Below are positions 7,801 through 15,575 of a stretch of DNA of 64,000 bases, one piece after another. Every line of letters begins with the position of its first letter. Within the stretch, counting starts at the first letter, position 1. A model generated the notes under the pieces. The model was not told the origin of the DNA, did no database searches, and saw nothing but the letters and a program-made list of their open reading frames with translations. This DNA comes from Bacteroidales bacterium (GTDB lineage: Bacteria; Bacteroidota; Bacteroidia; Bacteroidales; UBA7960): assembly GCA_007118495.1 (NCBI GenBank), contig SKRM01000024.1, positions 76,631 through 140,630 of the forward strand, given 5' to 3'. Made by a program: the position numbers and the translations under genes.

Positions 7801-9429
7801 TTATAATTTGATCTCGATCTGCTTAAAGCCGGCGGATTCGCTTCCTGCCCGGAGGGTTACAGTACCACCACCCCTGACAAGCCAACTTCTCTCCGTGCTT
7901 GAATGGCCCTGCAGCTCCTGAATAATATCAATGGTTCTTCCACTGATTAATTCCTGGCGGCGATCCAATTCAAGCCTGACAACTGGCTTTTGCACCCACC
8001 TTACCCGCTGCCCCAGCTGAGATGTAGCAGGCATTGCACCAGTATTGGCTATATCAACTGAAATCCGAAAGAGGTTCCTTCCCAGTTGTTCGGTCTTCAC
8101 ATTCACAATATCAAGGCGTGGACGCATTGCAGCCAAATGCATAAGAAACCCATAGTGGTTGTCAGCAATTCCGGCTATTATCTGTTCAGGCGGATTTTTC
8201 ATTACAAATGGTGCTATGCCACCAACCTCCGCTTCCTGGCCAGGAAAATCAGGATGATCAACCCTTGTCCAGGGTACAAATACATCAGGAATGTTCTCTT
8301 TCTCAGCCCAGCGCAGAAAGTTTACCTCAGCATTTTCAGCAGGTTTTCCGTCGTCTCCTGCTGGAGGAACCCACCAACCAGGCGTACTAAAACTAAATCG
8401 TCCATAGTGAAAATACGCCCATTGGAAAAAATCACCGGGACTACCTGACACAGCTGATGAGCCCTTTGATTGAACATGCATGTGGTAAGTATGGCTTACC
8501 ATGCGGTTTATTGTGGCGTCATGCTCAAGCCAGCCTGTAATGATTCTCCCACTGGCGTTCCTTTCACTAAAAGAAAGGGGGTGCGTTAAATTATTTGCAG
8601 GGCCAAATGACACGACGGCAAATACATTTTTAGCTCCGAACAAAAAGTCTGCAATGGCCCGGGTCTCTATTTCAGACACAGGATGCTCACCGGCACCCCT
8701 ATCAAAAACCGGATAATCAAAAGTAAAGTTTTTGTTAAAAAAGATACCTTCTTCTCCATCCTCGTTAAATTGTCCATCTTTGTCATTATCAACACCTTCG
8801 CTAAAAACCAGGTATTGACCACGCTCTCCCTTCTCCATATTGGCCTTCACCATTACCCTTTCATCATCAGGATGCTTAATCCATTTGCCAGTTGGGTCTT
8901 TGATCCGCATCAGGGTAATCAGTCCATCTCCATTCAGATCATCATAAGGATCCTCGCCAATGCGTCCATCCCGATCAAGGTCTGAAGGGTTGGCGTTACC
9001 GAATCGCTCATAACGCAATGGGGCAAAAAATTGCGCCCTGGCGTCGGGACTAACGTCGGGCACAATATAAAACGTTACCGAATCAAGCAGAGCCCTGACA
9101 TCTTGTTGTCCGACCCCTAGTGCCAACCTTTCGGCAAATCCAAGGGCAATTTCTGTTCCCAGCAGGTGATCTCCTGATACACCGCCAACCATTGCGATGG
9201 CTGGTTTTTTGGTGATATCTCCGGCACCTATTGAAAGTAACCAAATATCTTTGCCACCGACGGTTTTCCCGAGAGTCTGCAGGGATATCAGGTCAGGGTG
9301 TTTATCAGCCAGGCCCCTGAGTTTTTGCGTTAACTGCTGATGGTCACGGTAACTGGCCCCGGCAAATACATTGGTAACTGCAAGGCATACGAAAACCATG
9401 CAAAAGGCAAGTAGTCGTTTTGTCATCAT
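7801..9429 (-). CDS. Secreted M14-like protein lacking the zinc ligands and catalytic Glu (probable pseudopeptidase)
   Basis: 542 aa with a signal peptide. It aligns by eye to the downstream M14 protein, but HxxE becomes SGDH, the second His becomes Phe (VVSFGPANN), NRxF becomes NKNF, and the catalytic Glu becomes Pro (FSFSTPGW). Confidence 0.7.
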   Translation of the reverse strand: MMTKRLLAFCMVFVCLAVTNVFAGASYRDHQQLTQKLRGLADKHPDLISLQTLGKTVGGKDIWLLSIGAGDITKKPAIAMVGGVSGDHLLGTEIALGFAERLALGVGQQDVRALLDSVTFYIVPDVSPDARAQFFAPLRYERFGNANPSDLDRDGRIGEDPYDDLNGDGLITLMRIKDPTGKWIKHPDDERVMVKANMEKGERGQYLVFSEGVDNDKDGQFNEDGEEGIFFNKNFTFDYPVFDRGAGEHPVSEIETRAIADFLFGAKNVFAVVSFGPANNLTHPLSFSERNASGRIITGWLEHDATINRMVSHTYHMHVQSKGSSAVSGSPGDFFQWAYFHYGRFSFSTPGWWVPPAGDDGKPAENAEVNFLRWAEKENIPDVFVPWTRVDHPDFPGQEAEVGGIAPFVMKNPPEQIIAGIADNHYGFLMHLAAMRPRLDIVNVKTEQLGRNLFRISVDIANTGAMPATSQLGQRVRWVQKPVVRLELDRRQELISGRTIDIIQELQGHSSTERSWLVRGGGTVTLRAGSESAGFKQIEIKL

Positions 9430-9677
9430 GTGAAGAGGATTTTAATGTGTAACATGGTGTGGGATAGTCAAACATAAAGGCAGGCAAAACATGGGTCGCA
9501 AGCCTGCCTAAAAGTATGAATATTTTCAAAAAGCTGTTAAAAAATGGGCGGAAAGTTGCGCCATCATGACTAAAAACGTGTATTTTATGATTAACCGACA
9601 TAAATCATCAATCTGGGAGATTGGCAGCAATAGTTTCAGTAAAGTCAAAAACCTCATATGCTGGTTTTCACTAAACA

Positions 9678-9685
9678 TATATTTG
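9678..9685 (+). promoter_or_regulatory. Candidate -7 box (TAnnTTTG) for the znu operon
   Basis: TATATTTG lies about 95 nt upstream of the znuA ATG. Confidence 0.3.
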
Positions 9686-9778
9686 TATCTTGTGTTATCA
9701 TTTAAACAAAAGTGAAAAGCTGTTCCAAAAGGAATCAGTAAAACAAACAAACCTATACAATACATTTATACTTTAAGT

Positions 9779-10657
9779 ATGCGCAGGATCTTTTTTGCCT
9801 TTATTATTGCAGGTACACTGGCAACGTTTAATGCATGCCAGTCACCCCGGCAGTCAGCACATGATGCTGTGGTTTCAGTAAGTATCACACCCATTCAATT
9901 CTTTGTTGACAGGTTAACTGATCAGGCACTTGATGTGAACATAATGGTGCCCCAAGGCGCCAGCCATGCCACATATGCTCCCACCACAAGCCAGTTCAGA
10001 AAGTTGTCTGATTCAGGGCTTTATTTCAGGATTGGGTACCTCGGATACGAACAGGCCTGGATTAGCAGGCTTTCGGAGTTAAGTCCGGGGATGAAGGTAA
10101 TTGACCTGTCTGACGGGCTTGAACTCATCAGGGGTGAAGAGATAGATCATGGAGATCATGTTCATGAGGGGGGTATAGATCCCCATATCTGGATGTCGCC
10201 GGCCGTGATGCTAAAGCTACTTCCGGTAATGCGCGATGCTATCATACAAGTATTTCCCGAACTTGCAGAAACAGTTGAGCAAAACTACGAACCACTGTAT
10301 GCAGAAATCAAGGCCATTCACCAGGCAATGGAGATGGTCACCTCAACCCTGAGTCAGCGCACCTTTATGATATTTCACCCAGCTCTCACCTATCTGGCCA
10401 GAGATTACAGACTGGAGCAGGTTTCCATTGAAAGAGGGGGGAAAGACCCGACACCGGCTCAATTGGCCCGGATTATCAGGCAAGCCAGAGAGCATCAGGT
10501 ACCGCTTATTTTTATTCAGGAAGAATTTGATGTGCGCAGTGCCCAGCTGGTGAGTGATGAGTCGGGAACCACCCTGGTACAAATTAACCCCATGGCCTAT
10601 GACTGGACTGAAGAGATGCAGCAACTCATGGGTGTTTTCAGAGAATATATGCAATGA
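9779..10657 (+). CDS. znuA: Zinc/metal ABC transporter substrate-binding lipoprotein (TroA/ZnuA family)
   Basis: Lipobox (LATFNAC), His/Asp-rich loop (EEIDHGDHVHEGGIDPHIW), and operon context with the ATPase and permease. Confidence 0.8.
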   Translation: MRRIFFAFIIAGTLATFNACQSPRQSAHDAVVSVSITPIQFFVDRLTDQALDVNIMVPQGASHATYAPTTSQFRKLSDSGLYFRIGYLGYEQAWISRLSELSPGMKVIDLSDGLELIRGEEIDHGDHVHEGGIDPHIWMSPAVMLKLLPVMRDAIIQVFPELAETVEQNYEPLYAEIKAIHQAMEMVTSTLSQRTFMIFHPALTYLARDYRLEQVSIERGGKDPTPAQLARIIRQAREHQVPLIFIQEEFDVRSAQLVSDESGTTLVQINPMAYDWTEEMQQLMGVFREYMQ

Positions 10658-11400
10658 GCAAACCTCTGGTCATACTAGATCATTTACGTACCGGTTACTT
10701 TTCAGAAACGGTTCTCAGTGATGTGAACCTTGAAATATACCCCGACGACTTCATTGGCATTATTGGCCCCAACGGTGGGGGAAAGACCACGTTGATAAAG
10801 GCGATACTCGGATTACTGCCCCTTTTTGCAGGTTCAGTTAGTTTCCCCACAGGCAAGCCCAAAACAGGCTATCTTCCGCAGGCAACCCAGATTGACAAAT
10901 CCTTTCCGATCACTGTAAAAGAGTTGGTGGCCTCAGGTCTGCCAAGCAAAAGCAAATGGTTTCACCACCTGTCTGCCAACCAGAAAGAGAAAATAAATCA
11001 CATGATAAATGATGCCGGATTATCTGGAGTAACATCAAAACCAATCGGTGAGCTAAGCGGTGGCCAACTCCAGAAAGCGCTGCTATGCAGGGCACTGATT
11101 GATAAGCCCAATTTGCTTATATTGGATGAACCTAACACACATGTTGATAAACATTTTGAAAAAGAACTCTACACCTGGCTAAAGGCATTGAACAGTGAGA
11201 TGGCCATTCTGTTGGTTTCACATGATATCGGAACCATTTCGCCCCTGGTAAAAACCATTGCCTGTGTAAATGGCACCCTGCATTACCACCCTTCAAACCA
11301 ATTATCCGAAGAAATTTTGAAAGTATACAACTGCCCTGTGGATGTCATTGCACATGGTCCTGTTCCACACAGGGTGCTCAAAGTACACGACCATGACTGA
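10654..11400 (+). CDS. znuC: Metal ABC transporter ATP-binding protein
   Basis: Walker A (GPNGGGKTT), signature (LSGGQLQ), Walker B (LLILDEP). Its ATG overlaps the znuA stop (ATGA). Confidence 0.85.
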   Translation: MSKPLVILDHLRTGYFSETVLSDVNLEIYPDDFIGIIGPNGGGKTTLIKAILGLLPLFAGSVSFPTGKPKTGYLPQATQIDKSFPITVKELVASGLPSKSKWFHHLSANQKEKINHMINDAGLSGVTSKPIGELSGGQLQKALLCRALIDKPNLLILDEPNTHVDKHFEKELYTWLKALNSEMAILLVSHDIGTISPLVKTIACVNGTLHYHPSNQLSEEILKVYNCPVDVIAHGPVPHRVLKVHDHD

Positions 11401-12226
11401 GTATTTATCCATTTTTGAATACCAGTTTTTCCGTCATGCCATTGCCGCGGCCATTCTCACTTCAATTCTGGCAGCCATGGTAGGTACTTATATTGTGTCG
11501 AGAAAGATCGTATTTATCGGAGGGGGTATTACCCACGCATCATTCGGGGGCATCGGCATGGCCTATTTTTTTGGTTTGAACCCATTTGCAGGTGCGGCCT
11601 TGTTTGGCATATTGACAGCCGTAGGAATTGAATGGGTTTCACAAAAAGGAAGGGTTAGAGAAGACAGTGCCATTGCCATACTTTGGTCGCTGGGCATGGC
11701 TTTAGGCATCATCTTTGTTTTTATGACACCGGGATACACACCCAACCTGATGGGTTTTTTATTCGGCAATATTCTGTCAGTAGGCCGGGCTGAGCTGCAA
11801 TTACTGATCATTTTTTGCATTCTCATCATATTGCTATTCACTGTATACTACCGCCCTGTTCTTTATACTGCCTTTGACCCTGAATTTGCAAGAATCAAAG
11901 GCATACCCGTAGCCCGGTACCGTTACCTGATGTCGGTGGTTATGGCCCTGGCAATTGTCATTAGCATCAGAACGGTTGGCATAATCCTGGTATTAAGTGT
12001 TTTTACCATACCCCAAATTACAGCCATGTTGTTTACAAGAAACTTTGCCCGCATTATCCCACTGGCTGCACTCTGGGGCATCAGCGGTTCTGTTATAGGG
12101 CTCATGGCATCTTACACACTGGATATCCCGTCAGGAGCCGCAATCATCTTTTTTCTCACCTTGCAATACCTGACCGTCAGACTTATCATAGGTTTACGCA
12201 ATATCATCAGACGAAAAACATTTTGA
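11393..12226 (+). CDS. znuB: Metal ABC transporter permease (ABC-3 family)
   Basis: Polytopic membrane protein in the znu operon. The start was set to ATG 11393, which overlaps the znuC stop (ATGACTGA); the ORF track start is 11342. Confidence 0.8.
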   Translation: MTEYLSIFEYQFFRHAIAAAILTSILAAMVGTYIVSRKIVFIGGGITHASFGGIGMAYFFGLNPFAGAALFGILTAVGIEWVSQKGRVREDSAIAILWSLGMALGIIFVFMTPGYTPNLMGFLFGNILSVGRAELQLLIIFCILIILLFTVYYRPVLYTAFDPEFARIKGIPVARYRYLMSVVMALAIVISIRTVGIILVLSVFTIPQITAMLFTRNFARIIPLAALWGISGSVIGLMASYTLDIPSGAAIIFFLTLQYLTVRLIIGLRNIIRRKTF

Positions 12227-12279
12227 ACCATTCTTCCGCCTATCTGTTGTATTGCTGTAACCAATAAAACAACCCTTGC

Positions 12280-12513
12280 ATGAGAACAGTCATGTTTATA
12301 TTGGTGGTATGGCTGCCAGGCTTATTATTGGCACAGCGACCCACCCATGTACCATTTGACAAAGAACCACTGAGGTTCTTTGAATCGCCTTTCAATATTA
12401 TTTTTTATATAGTAATCCCCCTGCTGATTCTTTTTCTATACATAATATGGCGCCGCAGGATCAGGAAAGAGCAAGAGGAAAAACAAAAAAACCAACAATC
12501 GAATCGAGAATAA
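12280..12513 (+). CDS. Small hypothetical membrane protein
   Basis: 77 aa with an N-terminal signal-like segment, one TM helix (IIFYIVIPLLILFLYII) and a charged tail. No family recognised. Confidence 0.35.
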   Translation: MRTVMFILVVWLPGLLLAQRPTHVPFDKEPLRFFESPFNIIFYIVIPLLILFLYIIWRRRIRKEQEEKQKNQQSNRE

Positions 12514-12527
12514 CATTCATTCAGCAA

Positions 12528-13199
12528 ATGGAAAAACATATTGTAACAATACGCTCAATCAGTCATATCACGCACGACACGCTACTGATTATCACCAATA
12601 AACCAAACAATTATACATTTAGTCCAGGACAGGCAACAGAAATTGCCATCAATAAAAACGGATGGCAAAATGAGCCCAGGCCCTTTACATTCACTTCTTT
12701 ACAGGGTGATCCATACCTTGAATTCATCATTAAAACCTATCCGGAACATGATGGGGCAACTGACAAATTACTGGATGTCAACAAGGGTGATGAGCTGATC
12801 CTTCATGAGGTGTTTGGCGAACTAACCTGGAAAGGTGATGGACTCTTTATCGCAGGAGGTGCCGGCATCACTCCTTTTCTGGCTATGTTCAGAGAGCTTG
12901 CAAAGAGCAACCAGCATGGAAACAGCTCACTCATCTATGCCAATAAAACCAGTAAGGATATTATCCTGAAAGAAGAGCTGGAAACTTTGTTCAAAGGCCG
13001 GGTACACCATATCCTTTCTGAAGAAAAAACAAAGGAATTTGATCACGGTCTTATCAGCGAAGACATCATAAAACCCTATTTGGCAGACAATGAAAAGCGG
13101 GTGTATGTTTGCGGCCCACCGGCCATGATGGAAGCAGTTGAAAAGCTGCTGAAAGACATGGGCCTGTCACAGGAACAGATCATTACTGAGGCATGGTAA
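12528..13199 (+). CDS. FAD/NAD(P)-binding oxidoreductase (ferredoxin/flavodoxin reductase-like)
   Basis: FAD motif RPFTFTS, NAD(P) motif GGAGITPF, C-terminal VYVCGPPAM. The start was set to ATG 12528 (MEKHIV). Confidence 0.7.
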   Translation: MEKHIVTIRSISHITHDTLLIITNKPNNYTFSPGQATEIAINKNGWQNEPRPFTFTSLQGDPYLEFIIKTYPEHDGATDKLLDVNKGDELILHEVFGELTWKGDGLFIAGGAGITPFLAMFRELAKSNQHGNSSLIYANKTSKDIILKEELETLFKGRVHHILSEEKTKEFDHGLISEDIIKPYLADNEKRVYVCGPPAMMEAVEKLLKDMGLSQEQIITEAW

Positions 13200-13224
13200 C
13201 CTCCAGGCATAGTTAACGTGCTTT

Positions 13225-14445
13225 TTAAGGGCCGTCTGAAATAACACCTGAACCTATACATTCATCACCCTCGTACCAGGCTACAAACTGTCCGGCGGCA
13301 ATGCCCTTTTGTTTTTGAGCAAATAAAATATACAGGCCTTTTTCGCGCATGATCAGCATTGCACTGTCCAAAGGTTGGCGGTAGCGGATCCGCGCCATGT
13401 ATGAGGCATGCTGTCCAGGCTTTATAGCCAGGTCATCTCTGATCCAGTGAATATCTTCTTTGCGAACAAATAAGCCTGGTCTGAGCAGGCCCGGATGATC
13501 ACCCCCCATACCTGCATAAATGATATTGCTTTCAATATCCGTTGCAATGACAAAAATGGGTTGTGGCATACCCCCTACATCCAACCCCTTGCGCTGGCCA
13601 ACGGTAAAAAAATGTGCGCCCTGATGCACCCCCACTTTTCTGGCCTGTTGTGGTTGATACGAGGGGGCACGACATAGATTTTCAAGTAAATCTTCATCCA
13701 GATCAGCCCAGGTATTTTTTGCCGGAACTTCTTTTTGCTGAGAAGCCGCAACCTCTTCAGACACGAGCATGATATCACCTTCACGTGGCTTAAGTTGCTG
13801 TTGAAGAAAAACAGGTAAATGAACCTTGCCGATAAAGCATAAACCCTGACTGTCCCTTTTATCCGCAGTCACCAGTTCAAGCTTTCTGGCCAGAACCCTT
13901 ACCTCTTCCTTTTGCATGCCACCAATAGGAAAAAGGGCCCTTGACAATTGTTCCTGGGTGAGTTGGCAGAGAAAATAACTCTGGTCTTTATTCTGATCTG
14001 CGCCAGCAAGCAATTGATAGCGTTTCCCTGCAGCGGTTTCAGTTTCAGCCTTTTGACAATAGTGCCCTGTAGCCACAAATGACGCTCCAAGCTTTTCTGC
14101 TGCATCAAGAAAAACATCAAACTTGATCTCTCTGTTGCACAGAACGTCCGGATTTGGAGTCCGGCCAGCCTCGTATTCAGCGAACATATAGTCAACGATA
14201 CGTTTCCTGTAAACTTCACTGAAATCTAAGGTGTGAAACGGTATACCAAGTTTCTCGGCAACCATCATTGCATCAGTACTGTCTTCAATCCAGGGACATT
14301 GCTCCGAAATAATGACAGAGTCATCGTGCCAGTTGCGCATAAATACCCCAATTACTTCATAGCCAGCCTTACAAAGCAGGTAAGCAGCAACTGAGCTGTC
14401 AACCCCCCCCGACAAACCGACCACTACGCGTGTTTTATCAGACAT
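13225..14445 (-). CDS. mnmA: tRNA 2-thiouridine(34) synthase
   Basis: PP-loop ([11 protein letters not shown]), catalytic Cys regions (NPDVLCN, SQGLCF), and C-terminal barrel motifs. The start was set to ATG 14445. Confidence 0.9.
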   Translation of the reverse strand: MSDKTRVVVGLSGGVDSSVAAYLLCKAGYEVIGVFMRNWHDDSVIISEQCPWIEDSTDAMMVAEKLGIPFHTLDFSEVYRKRIVDYMFAEYEAGRTPNPDVLCNREIKFDVFLDAAEKLGASFVATGHYCQKAETETAAGKRYQLLAGADQNKDQSYFLCQLTQEQLSRALFPIGGMQKEEVRVLARKLELVTADKRDSQGLCFIGKVHLPVFLQQQLKPREGDIMLVSEEVAASQQKEVPAKNTWADLDEDLLENLCRAPSYQPQQARKVGVHQGAHFFTVGQRKGLDVGGMPQPIFVIATDIESNIIYAGMGGDHPGLLRPGLFVRKEDIHWIRDDLAIKPGQHASYMARIRYRQPLDSAMLIMREKGLYILFAQKQKGIAAGQFVAWYEGDECIGSGVISDGP

Positions 14446-14506
14446 ATGATTATGTAAAACTTTACTTTGTAAACACACAACCTGGCATCTTTGCTTGAAA
14501 AACCCT

Positions 14507-14514
14507 TATTTTTG
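14507..14514 (+). promoter_or_regulatory. Candidate -7 box (TAnnTTTG) for the sulfurtransferase gene
   Basis: TATTTTTG lies 37 nt upstream of ATG 14552. It sits inside the ORF-track N-terminal extension, which argues for the shorter start. Confidence 0.35.
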
Positions 14515-14551
14515 CAAAACAACCACCACAAAGATAGTTATATCCAAAAAT

Positions 14552-15394
14552 ATGATGACACCACTTATTGGAGCAAATGAATTGTTGCTACTGGCCGGCC
14601 ATGAACTTTTTACCCTCATAGATGCAAGGTCAGGCATAGATGCCAGAGAAAGATATGCGGCAGGGCACCTGAAGGGGGCCCTGCATGTGCACCTTGAAGA
14701 TGATTTATCTGATATCTGCGAAGATCTGAGTCAGGGTGGACGGCATCCCTTGCCCAGCCCAAAGAGATTTGGAGTGCTCTTGGGGCAATTGGGTATCAGC
14801 CCTGAATCAAGGGTTGTGGTTTATGATGATGCCGGTGGTTCCAGTGCAGCAGCCCGTTTCTGGTGGATGCTCAGAGCATCTGGACACAGCCAGGTGCAGG
14901 TACTTAACGGAGGTATGCAGGCAGCCATAACCGCTGGATTTCCGGTCAGCGCCCTTCCTTTCAAACCCAATACTGCACCCAATTACCCTGTCACGGAGTG
15001 GAAACTACCGGTTCGAGACATGCAGCAAACAGCAAAAGCTGCCACAGACATCCGTTTTCTTGTTGTCGATGTACGTGAAGAAGATCGTTATCTGGGATTT
15101 ATTGAACCCATCGACAACATTGCCGGACATATCCCCGGTGCAGTGAATTTGCCGTATACCTGGAACCTGGACGAAAACAGGTTTTTTCTTGATGCAGTAA
15201 CATTGCGGAAAATGTTTACCGAATTTTTTGATGGTCGCCCCGCAGATCAGGTTATCGTACATTGCGGGTCAGGTGTTACTGCCTGCCATACCTTGCTGGC
15301 CATAGACTATGCAGGGCTTGAAATTCCGCCAATCTACACAGGTTCCTGGAGCGAGTGGTCAAGAAACGGGATGCCCATCGGTACCTCTGTTTAA
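14552..15394 (+). CDS. Two-domain rhodanese sulfurtransferase (thiosulfate/3-mercaptopyruvate type)
   Basis: Tandem rhodanese domains. The second domain carries the active-site loop HCGSGVTACH, and the C-terminus is YTGSWSEW. Confidence 0.85.
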   Translation: MMTPLIGANELLLLAGHELFTLIDARSGIDARERYAAGHLKGALHVHLEDDLSDICEDLSQGGRHPLPSPKRFGVLLGQLGISPESRVVVYDDAGGSSAAARFWWMLRASGHSQVQVLNGGMQAAITAGFPVSALPFKPNTAPNYPVTEWKLPVRDMQQTAKAATDIRFLVVDVREEDRYLGFIEPIDNIAGHIPGAVNLPYTWNLDENRFFLDAVTLRKMFTEFFDGRPADQVIVHCGSGVTACHTLLAIDYAGLEIPPIYTGSWSEWSRNGMPIGTSV

Positions 15395-15499
15395 AAACTG
15401 CTGACACTTTTGGATATACCATTATTTGTCCTTTGACCTTAACATCACGACAGTTATGGGGTGCTCCCGTATTATATTTTAATTATTCCGTTTTTTCAT

Positions 15500-15507
15500 T
15501 ATATTTG
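15500..15507 (+). promoter_or_regulatory. Candidate -7 box (TAnnTTTG) for the kinase operon
   Basis: TATATTTG lies 68 nt upstream of ATG 15576. Confidence 0.3.
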
Positions 15508-15575
15508 TTTAAGGCAGGGTTTGAATTGCTTATTACACCATAGCTCAAGGGCTTGTTACGTAACACCTGACCTCA

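Noticed and set aside
9479-9508. A 7-bp GGCAGGC/GCCTGCC hairpin, plus an ATGATT-N10-AATCAT inverted repeat at 9587-9608, in the znuA/M14 divergent intergenic region. These were considered as a terminator, an sRNA or a Zur operator.
   Set aside because: The hairpin has a 16-nt loop and no U-tract in a useful orientation. The inverted repeat has only 6-bp arms and no match to a Zur-box consensus I can recall. Both are too weak without comparative data.
12447-12527. The N-terminal extension of the oxidoreductase ORF (MAPQDQERARGKTKK...), which overlaps the small membrane ORF.
   Set aside because: The extension is low-complexity. It simply reads the Lys/Glu-rich tail of the upstream ORF in another frame. 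The conserved domain begins right after ATG 12528.
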